Assembly (NCBI GenBank): GCA_963747215.1 | Contig: CAVVET010000040.1 | Coordinates: forward strand, 47,572 to 111,571 | DNA from: an uncultured Acidimicrobiales bacterium | Lineage (GTDB): Bacteria > Actinomycetota > Acidimicrobiia > Acidimicrobiales > DATKAS01 | Direction: 5' to 3' | DNA: 64,000 nucleotides | Part shown: positions 1 through 9,240 of the stretch, one piece after another | Position numbering within the stretch: the first letter of the stretch is position 1 | Layout: every line of letters starts with the position of its first letter | The notes under the pieces: model-generated | The model's database searches: none | What the model saw: the letters and a program-made list of their open reading frames with translations, nothing else | What the model was told of the DNA's origin: nothing | Translations under genes and position numbers: made by a program

Positions 1-58
1 TCGGACTTCTCCGCTGCCGTGTTCATCGGCGCCAGTATCGCTGAGATACTCCCGGCTG

Positions 59-926
59 GTGATCGACACCTCCGTGCGGAGCGCATACTTGCGTCGACTG
101 GGCCTCGAGGCCGAACCCCCCTCGGTCGACGCCCTGCAACGGCTGCATCGACGGCACGTCGAACGGGTGGCGTACGAGACGATGTGGATCCACGCCGGCG
201 ACCTCTGGGACATCGATCCCCACGCGTCAGCGGCCCGGATCGCGCTCGACCGCGCGCGGTGGGTACTGCTTCCACCTGAACGGCGCGTTCAGCGAGCTCC
301 TGATGTCCCTCGGCTACACGGTGACGCGACACGTCGGGGGAGTACACCGTGTCGGCAATCCCGATGCGGACAACATGAGCAATCACCTCGTCCTCACGGT
401 GGCTCACCTCCCCACCGAGGAGAACCCGAATGGCGTGTGGTACGTCGATGCGGGACTGGGTCACGCGTTGCATGAAGCGGTTCCCCTCGTGCCGCACGTC
501 TTTCAGCAGGGCCCGTTTGCCCTGTCGTTGGAGCAGACCGACGACGGAGTCGGCGACTGGCATCTCACGAACGACCCGGCGGGCTCGTTCGTCGGCATGA
601 GCTGGCGGGCGAGCGAGGCATCGATGAGCGAGTTCGCCGAGCGCCACGTGCGGCTGTCGACGTCACCGGAGTCGAACTTCGTGCGGCTCGCCACGGCGCA
701 ACGTCGTGACGCAAATGGGGCCGACGTCCTCCGCGGACTCGTGCTCAGCCGTGTCGGCGATGGCGACGCTGCGGAAACACCACTGACCGAACGAGCCGAC
801 TGGTTCGCCGCGTTGGCTGACGTCTTCGCGTTGCGATTCGACGGCGCCGAGCCGGAGGTGCTCACCCGACTGTGGGATCGTTGCCTTGCCACCCATCGCG
901 CCCAGGAGTCGTCAGCGCAGCTCTGA
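59..926 (+). CDS. Arylamine N-acetyltransferase (frameshift ~255)
   Basis: N-terminal YLRRLG...LHRRHVERVAYE; RGGYCFHLN catalytic Cys motif after a frame change at ~255; NHLVL and YVDAGLG complete the Cys-His-Asp triad. Confidence 0.9.
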
Positions 927-1970
927 CCGCGCCGTGCTGTCTCGCACGATGAGCTCGGTCGGCAGGACACGGTGCCGCGCCCTCGCGGGCGGAGCGCCCG
1001 AAGCCGCGGCGTCGATGGCGCCGATGACGGCTTCAGCCGCCAGGCGACCTTTCGCACCGACGTCCTGACGAACGGTGGTGAGCCGCGGCGTGCTGCGATG
1101 CGCGGCGGGGCTGTCGTCGAACCCCACCACTGACAGGTGTGCGGGAACGGCCAGGCCGAGCTCACTCGCCACGCGCATCACGCCGAGTGCGAGCACATCC
1201 GAGAAGCACAGCACGGCGGTCGGACGATCGGAGGTCGCAAGCAACGCGTGTGCGGCTTGATCGGCTTCCTCGTCGGTGTTGCTCTGGGTCTGCACCACGG
1301 TCGGCTGAATGCCGGCGGCCTCGAGCGTCTCGAGCCAACCCAGCATCCGTTGCCGTTGGGGGTGGCCTCGGATGATGGCCGGCGGATCGACGAGCCCTTG
1401 CGATCCGTCGAGAGAAACCGTCACGATGCCGACTCGCTCGTGTCCCAGCTCGATGACGTGCTGGGCGGCCATCTGTGCGCCGCCGCGGTCGTCGACATTG
1501 ACGCTCGGGATCCCGGGCAGCGGATCTTGGTCCACGAGCACCAGGGGAAGCCGGCGGCGCATCAGCCAGTTCGCGCGCCCCGATTCGGAGCAGGAATAGA
1601 TGAGGGCGGCGTCAAGCGCGAGGTCTCGTGCGGGCACGACGTCGTCGTGTTCATTCGTGCTCAGCAGTGTGAGTGCGCGACCGCTCGGGGCGAGCTCGTC
1701 CGCGACTGCACCGAGGAAGTTTGTCGCGACCTCGTCAGTGAACGCGTACTTCAGTGAGTCCGTGAGCAGGATCCCCACCGCACCCGTCGAGCCTCGGGCC
1801 AACGCGCGGGCGGCGGGATCAGGGCCGACGTATCCGAGCTCCTCAGCCGCGGCGAGGACGCGCCGGCGCAGGCTGTCGGAGAGCTGATCGGGACGGGAGA
1901 AAGCGTTCGACACGGTCATGCGACTGATCCCGAGCCGATCGGCGATCGTCTGCAGCGTCACCCGCGCCAT
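912..1970 (-). CDS. LacI-family transcriptional regulator
   Basis: TLQTIADRLGISRMTVSNAF HTH; LSVVGFDD and LTTVRQD; ends TELIVRDST. Confidence 0.95.
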   Translation of the reverse strand: MARVTLQTIADRLGISRMTVSNAFSRPDQLSDSLRRRVLAAAEELGYVGPDPAARALARGSTGAVGILLTDSLKYAFTDEVATNFLGAVADELAPSGRALTLLSTNEHDDVVPARDLALDAALIYSCSESGRANWLMRRRLPLVLVDQDPLPGIPSVNVDDRGGAQMAAQHVIELGHERVGIVTVSLDGSQGLVDPPAIIRGHPQRQRMLGWLETLEAAGIQPTVVQTQSNTDEEADQAAHALLATSDRPTAVLCFSDVLALGVMRVASELGLAVPAHLSVVGFDDSPAAHRSTPRLTTVRQDVGAKGRLAAEAVIGAIDAAASGAPPARARHRVLPTELIVRDSTARSELR

Positions 1971-2003
1971 TCCGGGAGGCTAGGGGGGGTCAGAAGGCGC
2001 GGC

Positions 2004-2210
2004 TCAGCAGGCGGGTGAGCCGTCGAGGGACACCGAGCGGCGCGGCAGGCGCACGACGCGCGCGGCGATCGTGCTCGGCCGAGGCCAACGCAGCCGCGCG
2101 CGGTCGCCGTGCGGCCGGACGGGCGCTCCCGGGAGCGCGCTGTGACCTGAACGCGTGAGCGAGCCTTCGGAGTAGAGCTGGGCGAGGAGGAAGGTGGGGG
2201 GCACGGGCAT
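2004..2210 (-). CDS. Small hypothetical protein (68 aa, SALPGAPV motif)
   Basis: ATG at 2210 (MPVPPTFLLAQ...SALPGAPVRP...), directly downstream of the LacI-type operators and upstream of the LacI gene. Confidence 0.5.
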   Translation of the reverse strand: MPVPPTFLLAQLYSEGSLTRSGHSALPGAPVRPHGDRARLRWPRPSTIAARVVRLPRRSVSLDGSPAC

Positions 2211-2226
2211 CTCTGTTCGGTCGTGG

Positions 2227-2264
2227 CTGTACCGATACAGTACCGGCGTCCTGTACCGGTCAAG
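2227..2264. promoter_or_regulatory. Two LacI-type operators
   Basis: CTGTACCGATACAG (2227-2240) and CTGTACCGGTCAAG (2251-2264), near-palindromes with central CG; the second overlaps a minus-strand TTGACC. Confidence 0.65.
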
Positions 2265-2291
2265 ACACCACTGGACGAGGCAGATGTCACG

Positions 2292-2324
2292 TTGACAGTC
2301 TGTCTTATTTTTCTTTACAACTGT
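2292..2324 (+). promoter_or_regulatory. Promoter and putative TetR operator
   Basis: TTGACA (2292) and TACAAC (2316), 6 nt before GTG 2328; palindrome GACAG-T-CTGTC overlaps the -35. Confidence 0.55.
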
Positions 2325-2327
2325 CGT

Positions 2328-2917
2328 GTGACGAAGACCGACACCAGGACAGCGATTCTCGAGGCGGTGCTGGCACTGCTCGAGTCGCAGGAGCGGGCCA
2401 CCTACGAGGCGGTCGCACAGGTCGCCGGGGTGTCGCGCCAGACCGTGTACACGCACTTTCCGACGCGGGCTGAGCTGTTGGTCGGCGCAGTCGATCGTGC
2501 TCGCGAGGCCACGGGGATGGCGGCCGCGTCCAGCTCGGTCCTCGAGGCGCCGACCCGCGGGCGGCGTTGGAGGCGTTCGTCGAGATGCACTGCTCGATCG
2601 TCCCCCGGATCCTTCCGGCCTACGTCGCGGTCGAGCGGGAGCGCTCTCTCGATCCCGAGATCGAGGCTGCCTTCGTCGGCCGCGCCGCCAGCCGGCGGCA
2701 GCTCGCGCTCCTCGTTGCGACGCGCCTGCAGGCCGAGAGGGACCTCGTACCGCCGTGGACGGCGACGACGGCGTGCGACCTGATCTCCACACTCACCAGC
2801 GGAACCACTACAGCGCAGCTCCTCCGAGACGTCGATTGGACGGTGGCGGAGCTGCGTGAGCGGCTGCTCGTGGTCTTGCAGCGGTCGCTTCTCGACAGCA
2901 CAGAAAGAGAGGAATGA
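2328..2917 (+). CDS. TetR/AcrR regulator (frameshift ~2560)
   Basis: RTAILEA...TYEAVAQVAGVSRQTVYTHFPTRAELL; C-terminus continues in ORF 2567..2917. Confidence 0.88.
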
Positions 2918-3321
2918 TGCACAGCATCGACACCACCGCAGGTACCACCGCCCTCGAGGACGTCTTTGCACAGCTCGAGCAGGCCTGGAACGACGCCGAC
3001 GCCGAACGCTTCGGCGAGTTCTTCACCGACGACGCCGACTTCGTCAACGTCTACGGCGAGCACCGTCGGGGCGTCGTCCCCATCGTCGAGGGACACAGGT
3101 TCATCTTCGACACCGTCTACAAGGACTCGAAGGTGACCTACTCGGTCGTGCAGTGCGAGCCGCTCGCCGACGGATGGCTGCTCGGCCACGTGCACGCCTT
3201 CCTCGAGGTGCCGGCGGGCCCGTTGGAGGGTTCGCATCGCTCGATCCTCACGGCCGTCGCGGTCGAGACCGACGCCGGACTGAAGATCCGGGCGTTCCAC
3301 AACACGTTCAGGACGCACTGA
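2914..3321 (+). CDS. SnoaL/NTF2-like (SgcJ/EcaC-type) protein
   Basis: AWNDADAERFGEFFTDDADFVNVYG...IRAFHNT; ATGA overlap with the TetR stop. Confidence 0.85.
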   Translation: MMHSIDTTAGTTALEDVFAQLEQAWNDADAERFGEFFTDDADFVNVYGEHRRGVVPIVEGHRFIFDTVYKDSKVTYSVVQCEPLADGWLLGHVHAFLEVPAGPLEGSHRSILTAVAVETDAGLKIRAFHNTFRTH

Positions 3322-3765
3322 AACGATGATCGGCCGGCGTCTCGTCTACCACGGGAGCGGTCTCCGAGTACCAGACGCTCGACGAGCCGTTCGAGCCCCA
3401 GACGGCGAACCATCGATCGACGGCTCGAGTCGGGGCTCGCGCGTGATGCGGCGCGGGTGTGACTGCGTGAGCAGAGGGAGAGGATGAGAGCTGGTGAGGA
3501 CGGACGATGGTAATGCTGGGAGAGACGGAAGATCCCGTGCGGTGATCCGCAGCTCGGCCGCGACCTCGCCACGGAGTGACCTCACCGGCGAGGAGGTATG
3601 CGGGCCGTTGGCAAGACGCCGAATCCGCAGCCTCCTCGGCTCGATCCACGTCGCGTCCGCCGATCAACCTGTGCGTCATGGTCAGGAGTCTGGCGCGTCG
3701 GCCCGGTTGCGGCGCCGACGACGCGACGCATGATCGGTTCAGATCCCACCAGCGAGGAGGGCGAC

Positions 3766-4360
3766 ATGTTTGTGCAGATCATCGAGGGACGGACCCGTGA
3801 CGCAGCGGGAATCAAGCGAATGACCGAGCGGTGGCAGAAGGATCTGGCGCCGGGTGCGACTGGCTACCTGGGTTCGACAGGCGGGGTCACGGCCGACGGC
3901 AAGACGATCGCGATGGCCCGCTTCGAGTCCGAGGCCGCGGCCCGCGCGAACAGCGACCGGCCCGAGCAGGGTGCGTGGTGGGCCGAGATGTCGAAGCACT
4001 ACGACGGTGATGCCTCGTTCACGGAGTCGACCGATGTCCAGGAGTTCCTCGGAGGGGGTTCCAACGACGCGGGTTTCGTGCAGGTCATGAAGTCCACCGG
4101 CGTCGACCGCGCCCGCCTCGGCAAGATGGACGAGCAGTTCGCGCAGTTCGCGTCGACGTCGTCCGGACCTCATCGGAGGGATCCGTGTGTGGACCGGGCC
4201 GGACAGCTGTGTCGAGTTCAACTACTTCACGAGTGAGTCCGAAGCGCGCGCCGGGGAGACGCAGGAGATGCCTCCCGAGCTGCAAGCGATGATGGAGGAG
4301 TTCGGGGACCTGATGAAGAACACCGAGTTCTTCGACCTCACCGATCCATCGCTCCACTGA
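3766..4360 (+). CDS. Conserved hypothetical protein with internally duplicated ABM-like domain (frameshift ~4158)
   Basis: RBS GAGGAGG; the halves FVQIIEG...RFESEAAARA and FVQVMKS...YFTSESEARA resemble each other; ends FFDLTDPSLH*. Confidence 0.75.
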
Positions 4361-4436
4361 TGCGGTTCGACAGGGGACGTCGTTGTGCCGATGGTGCACA
4401 AGCACCTCGCTGAGCTCTCGCGCGAGAGTGGGCGCG

Positions 4437-4850
4437 ATGACAGCCGCCAAGGGAACCGGAACTGCAGAGGATCCGTGGGTGCTGAAGACGCCGCCCGGCA
4501 CTGCGGAGTACCGGATGCATCGCGACGACTCCGCCGATCCTCCCGAGCTCGTCTGCCAGGTGGGGACGACGAAGCTGCGCTACCTCGCTCGTTGCCTCGA
4601 AGACGTGCCGGTGATGCTGCGGGAACACGGCGACTGGATGGATCTCGGCAGCGCCGACGAGAACAAGCCGGCCAAGGACGGCACCTTGGAGTCGTGGGCC
4701 CGGTCGCCATCCAACCCGGTCGGCGGCTGGTACGGCTTGCGCAAGGGGTACCGCGGCCGGTTCGCGATGTACCTCCCTCCGCTGCTCGAACACCTCGGCC
4801 TCGTCGAGCTCGAGCACAACCCCCGTAACAACCGCATCCACGCGCGCTGA
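4437..4850 (+). CDS. Conserved hypothetical protein (DUF6855-like, from recall)
   Basis: GTAEDPWVLKTPPG, WMDLGSADE and NPVGGWYGLRKGYRGRF motifs; coding-like codon usage. Confidence 0.75.
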   Translation: MTAAKGTGTAEDPWVLKTPPGTAEYRMHRDDSADPPELVCQVGTTKLRYLARCLEDVPVMLREHGDWMDLGSADENKPAKDGTLESWARSPSNPVGGWYGLRKGYRGRFAMYLPPLLEHLGLVELEHNPRNNRIHAR

Positions 4851-4880
4851 AGTCCCTTCGACGGCAGGCTGCGTTGCGCG

Positions 4881-7187
4881 CTACTTCGACGCGGCTTGGA
4901 TCGCCTTCCAGACGCGCTCGCCCGTGCACGGCATGTCGATGTGGGTCACGCCGAGATGGCTGACCGCGTCGACGACTGCGTTGTGGATCGCGGGAGTCGA
5001 GCCGATCGTGCCCGACTCGCCGATGCCCTTCGCGCCGAGCGGGTTGCGGGGGCTGTCGGTCTGGGTGTTCGACACCTCGAAGCTCGGAAGCTCCGCTGCC
5101 GACGGCATGAGGTAGTCGGTGAGAGTCGACGTGAGCGGGTTGCCGTCGGCGTCGTACTGCATCCACTCGTACAGCGCCTGCGCCGCGCCTTGGGCGATGC
5201 CACCGTGCTGTTGCCCGTTGACGAGCAGCGGGTTGAGGATGCGTCCGCAATCGTCGACGGCGACGTGGCGCAGCATCTTGACGTCGCCCGTCTCGGTGTC
5301 GACCTCGACGACCGACACGTGAGAGCCGAAGGGGTAGGTCGAGTCGGTGCCGTCGAAGTCGAGCTCATGCCGCAGCGGCGCGGCTTCGAGGCCGTCGGGC
5401 AAGCGGGACCCGTCGTTCGACGCCGATGCCAGCTCGGCCCACGACAGCGACTGTGCGGGCACGCCCGCGACGTGCACGCCGCCTTCGCCGACGACGATGT
5501 CGTCAGCGGAGGCCTCGAGCAGGTGAGCCGCGATGCGCTGGGCCCGGGCGAGCACCTCGTTCGAAGCGACGTGGATGGCGCTGCCCGCGGTCTGGAGCGA
5601 CCGCGAGCCCATCGTGCCGGCGCCACGCGGCACCCGGTCGGTGTCGGAGTTCACGAGGGTGATGTTCTCCATCGGGATGCCGAGCACCTCGCTCGCGAGC
5701 ATCGCGAACGCGGTGTGGTGACCTTGACCGTGGACGCTCGTGCCGGCGAACACCGTTGCCGAGCCGTCGTCGTTGATCTCGACCGCGCCGAACTCGACGT
5801 GCAGCCCGACGGGAGCGGTGACCTCGACGTAGCTCGAGATGCCGATGCCCAGCTGCTTTGTGTCGCCGCTCGCGCGCCGGTCGGCCTGCTCCTCACGCAG
5901 CTTCGCGTAGCCAGAAGCCTTCAGCGCGGCGTCGAGCGCCTTCTCGTACTCACCGCTGTCGTAGTTCGCGCCCGTCGGTGTCGTCAGCGGGAAGCTCTCG
6001 GGGGAGAGGAAGTTGGCGCGGCGAATCTCGGCCGGATCCATGCCGATCTGGCGGGCCGCCACATCGAGCACTCGCTCGATGAGCTGCGTCGCTTCGGGAC
6101 GACCGGCGCCGCGGTACGCGCCGATCGTGGTGTTGTTCGTCAGGACGCCGACGGTCTTGAAGCGCACTTTCGGGATGCTGTAGACGCCGACGGACATCAT
6201 CTGCGTGAGCATCGGCAGGATCGCGCCGATCGCCGGATACGCACCGGCGGCAGCGACAACCGAGCCGTCGAGCCCGACGATCTTGCCGTCGTTGCCGACT
6301 CCGAGCCTGGCCGTCATCACGAAGTCGCGGCCTTGGACGAGCGACACCATGTCCTCGGACCGCGTGGCGATCCACTTGACCGGTCGCCCGAGCTTCATCG
6401 CCGCGGCCGCCGCGACGATGTGCTCCATGTAGCCGGCCGCCTTCGGCCCGAAGCCGCCGCCGACCCACGGACACACCACGCGTACCTTCGACGGGTCGAG
6501 GCCCAGCGCGCCCGAGTACTCGGCGTGGATCGCATGCGGCGCCTGGTGCGAGACCCAGAGCGTGAGCCCGCCATCCTTCGGGACGGCAAGGATGCCGTTC
6601 GTCTCCATCGGCACGCCGGCGAGTCGCTGGCTCACCATCGTCACCTCCGCGACGACGTCGGCGCCGACGAGCGGGTCGGAGTCGTCGCCTTCCGGAAACG
6701 CGGTGCCGAAGCACACGTTCGACCCGTGCTCGGGGAACAAGAGCGGCGCGTCGGGCGCCAGCGCGTCAGCCGCCGTGAGCACGGCGCGCAGCGGGTCGTA
6801 GTCGACGATGACTGTCTCGGCGGCATCGACGGCCTGCTCGCGGCTCTCCGCGACGACGGCGGCGACGATGTCGCCCACGAAGCGCACCTTCTCGGTGGCG
6901 AAGACGGGGCGGTTCAGCGTGTCGGGCATCATCGCGAACTGCTTCACCGCGGCCAGGCCCAGGTCATCGCCTTGCGCGTGGTACACCGCGACGACGCCGG
7001 GCATCGCCGACGCCTCGGCGATGTCCACCGAGCCCACGTTGGCGTGGGCAACGGGGGAGCGCACGAACGCGACGTGCAGCGTGCCCGGCTCCACCAGGTC
7101 GTCGACGTACTTGCCGTCGCCTGTGAGCAGCGTCGGATCTTCGAGCCGCCGGACGGCGTTTCCGAGAATCGAACCCGATGTAGGCAT
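4881..7187 (-). CDS. Xanthine dehydrogenase family molybdopterin-binding subunit (form II CoxL-like)
   Basis: RLEDPTLLTG, VGGGFGPK, AYRGAGR active-site loop, HGQGH, DDCG, KGIGESG. Confidence 0.93.
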   Translation of the reverse strand: MPTSGSILGNAVRRLEDPTLLTGDGKYVDDLVEPGTLHVAFVRSPVAHANVGSVDIAEASAMPGVVAVYHAQGDDLGLAAVKQFAMMPDTLNRPVFATEKVRFVGDIVAAVVAESREQAVDAAETVIVDYDPLRAVLTAADALAPDAPLLFPEHGSNVCFGTAFPEGDDSDPLVGADVVAEVTMVSQRLAGVPMETNGILAVPKDGGLTLWVSHQAPHAIHAEYSGALGLDPSKVRVVCPWVGGGFGPKAAGYMEHIVAAAAAMKLGRPVKWIATRSEDMVSLVQGRDFVMTARLGVGNDGKIVGLDGSVVAAAGAYPAIGAILPMLTQMMSVGVYSIPKVRFKTVGVLTNNTTIGAYRGAGRPEATQLIERVLDVAARQIGMDPAEIRRANFLSPESFPLTTPTGANYDSGEYEKALDAALKASGYAKLREEQADRRASGDTKQLGIGISSYVEVTAPVGLHVEFGAVEINDDGSATVFAGTSVHGQGHHTAFAMLASEVLGIPMENITLVNSDTDRVPRGAGTMGSRSLQTAGSAIHVASNEVLARAQRIAAHLLEASADDIVVGEGGVHVAGVPAQSLSWAELASASNDGSRLPDGLEAAPLRHELDFDGTDSTYPFGSHVSVVEVDTETGDVKMLRHVAVDDCGRILNPLLVNGQQHGGIAQGAAQALYEWMQYDADGNPLTSTLTDYLMPSAAELPSFEVSNTQTDSPRNPLGAKGIGESGTIGSTPAIHNAVVDAVSHLGVTHIDMPCTGERVWKAIQAASK

Positions 7188-7272
7188 GCATTCCCCCTTG
7201 GCGCGGACCCGCGCACGTTAGCCAGTCGGCCACGACACGGTTGGCGTACCGGGTCGCCGGGTAGGAGCCCCG

Positions 7273-7492
7273 ATGATGTCCTCACCGGGTACGCCTTCGA
7301 ACCGGGTCTGCGTATTCGCGCCCGCACCCCTGCTCACCGTGACGCTCGAGACCGCGGAGGGAGCCGAGGACACCGAGATCCACCTCCACGGGAGGTCAGG
7401 GATTCTGGATCGCCCGACTCGTCCAGGTGCTCGGTGCGGGTGCGGACATCGCCGGCCTCGATCAGCTTCAGGTGTCGCTACCGGCTCACTGA
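7273..7492 (+). pseudogene. N-terminal remnant of a PfkB/1-phosphofructokinase-type sugar kinase
   Basis: VFAPAPLLTVTLE...IHLH / GGQGFWIARLVQVLG, then a stop at 7490-7492 against the convergent gene; ~72 aa only. Confidence 0.55.
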
Positions 7493-9240
7493 CCGTCGGC
7501 GTGGATCGTCACGATCCCCAGTCGAGCCGTCGACGGTCACCCGCGCGCCGTCGGGAATCGTTGTCGAGGCGCCCGTGGCGCTCACCACAGCGGGGATGCC
7601 GAGCTCTCGCGAGACGATCGCCGCGTGGCTCTGCTGCGCGCCGACGTCGACCACGACGCCTGCGACGGCGAGGAACAGCGGCGTCCAGGCGGGATCGGTG
7701 ATCGGCGCCACGAGGATGTCGCCCGGACTGAGCTCACCGGGTTCGCTGGGGCGAAGCACCACCCGAGCAGTGCCGGTGGCGACGCCCGAGCACACCCCCA
7801 TCCCGCTGATGGTGCGCGCCGCGCCATCCGGGCGGTTCTGTGCCAGCGCGCAACGGCCATGTCCCCGGCGACGACAACGGACTGACGAACCAGAACGGCG
7901 GGATCCGCGCCTGCAGGTAGTCGCGGCGCTCGCGTCGTTCGGTGATCACGGCGTCCGCCGGACCGTGCCCGTTGATGACCGCGGGCACTTCGTCGATCGT
8001 GAGCAGGAAGAAGTCGGCGTGCGCGAGCGTCGAACGCCGGGCGAGCTCGGCGAGCGCCTGACGGGTGGGATCGAGGACACGGACGAACGCCGCTTTGGTC
8101 GCCTCGCGCTGCGCGGCGTAGGCCATCGTGGCCCGGACGGCGATGTCGAACAGCCGCTGCTTGAACCAGGGCAGGCGATCGCGGATGTCGAGGATCAACG
8201 AAGCACGGTCTGCCCGCGAGCCGTGCGCCCGACGACGATCGGGTCGCGCTCGTCAGGTGCATGGCGAAGGCGTTCGACCATCGCCAGAGCAATGGTCGGG
8301 TCGCTGCTCCACGTCGGTGAGGCGAGCTCCCACTCGTCGGGCCCCCGCGATCCGTGGCGGGCCACGAAGCGATCGAACCCAGCGACGAAGTCAGCGGCGG
8401 CCGGGTGCGCGCGCAACCGGCCGTCGAGCCCCTCGACCCCGTCGTCGAAGAGCGCCGACAGCGACGGGCTCGCGGCGACCATGCGGCCGAGGGGCCACAG
8501 CTCCTGCCGCGGGCTGGGCCGACTCCACCGTGCCCAAGCCGGCGGTGAGCCGATTTTCCAACCCGGGCTCGTCGAGCGACGCCACCACACGCTCGAGCAT
8601 CGATCGGCTGATGCCGGCGGCGGAGCTGGCGAGCAACAGGTGGCGCATCATCCGCTCGGCCCACTGCGTGAGCGAACGGGCGATGCCGATCAGCTCTTCG
8701 TTGGACGCGGTCCGAATCGTGGGCAGGTGACTCACGTACGCGGCTACATCCGCTCGGTCTTGGAGCAGCTGCGCCGTCGTCAGGCCGCCGCATGGTGGTG
8801 ACAATCTTGCGGACGGTCTTCACGGCGCTCATGAGATCGCGCTCGCCCTTGCTCCGCTGGTGAGGTGGCGCGTCACTCAACCCGAACATCTGCTCGTCGA
8901 CGAGTTCGACCGTGAGGCCGGGTGACCTCGCAACGGCGCTGCGCGCCAGGGTCACGTTGCCGTAGAGGTAGCCGCCGAACGCGCCGGTCAGCCACCCGTG
9001 CCCGTCCTCGAACGCCGCGTACTGCTTGTCGGTGACCATCCCCCAGTCCCGCGCAGCGTCGGCCTGGCCGCGCTCCATGGCGCCCCGGTACAACGACGCA
9101 CTCAACGGGGTCACCACGTTCGGGAAGACCTCGCCCACGTTGCCTCGGCACCACAACGTCGCCGAAGGGTCGGGGATGTGGTCGGCGAGCGACCAGCGGC
9201 CGTCTTCGTAAGGCTCGAGCGGTGAGGTCGCGGAGATCAT
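7486..9240 (-). CDS. PEP-utilizing enzyme mobile-domain protein (RPH-like central domain, no ATP-grasp); several frameshifts
   Basis: GNVGEVFPNVVTPL, FGGYLYGN, HGSRGPDEWEL; C-terminal ILVAPITDPAWTPLF and SHAAIVSRELGIPAV phospho-His motif. Confidence 0.85.

Noticed and set aside
4881-7187. Aerobic CO dehydrogenase (form I coxL)
   Set aside because: The active-site loop is AYRGAGR, not AYXCSFR, and there are no coxMS or accessory genes.
4896-8801. 1301-aa plus-strand ORF and other long antisense ORFs (e.g. 31881-33947, 16871-18379)
   Set aside because: Shadow frames of real genes in high-GC DNA, with no recognisable motifs.
7486-9240. Bona fide rifampin phosphotransferase or PEP synthase
   Set aside because: No ATP-grasp domain is visible, so it is only partly similar.
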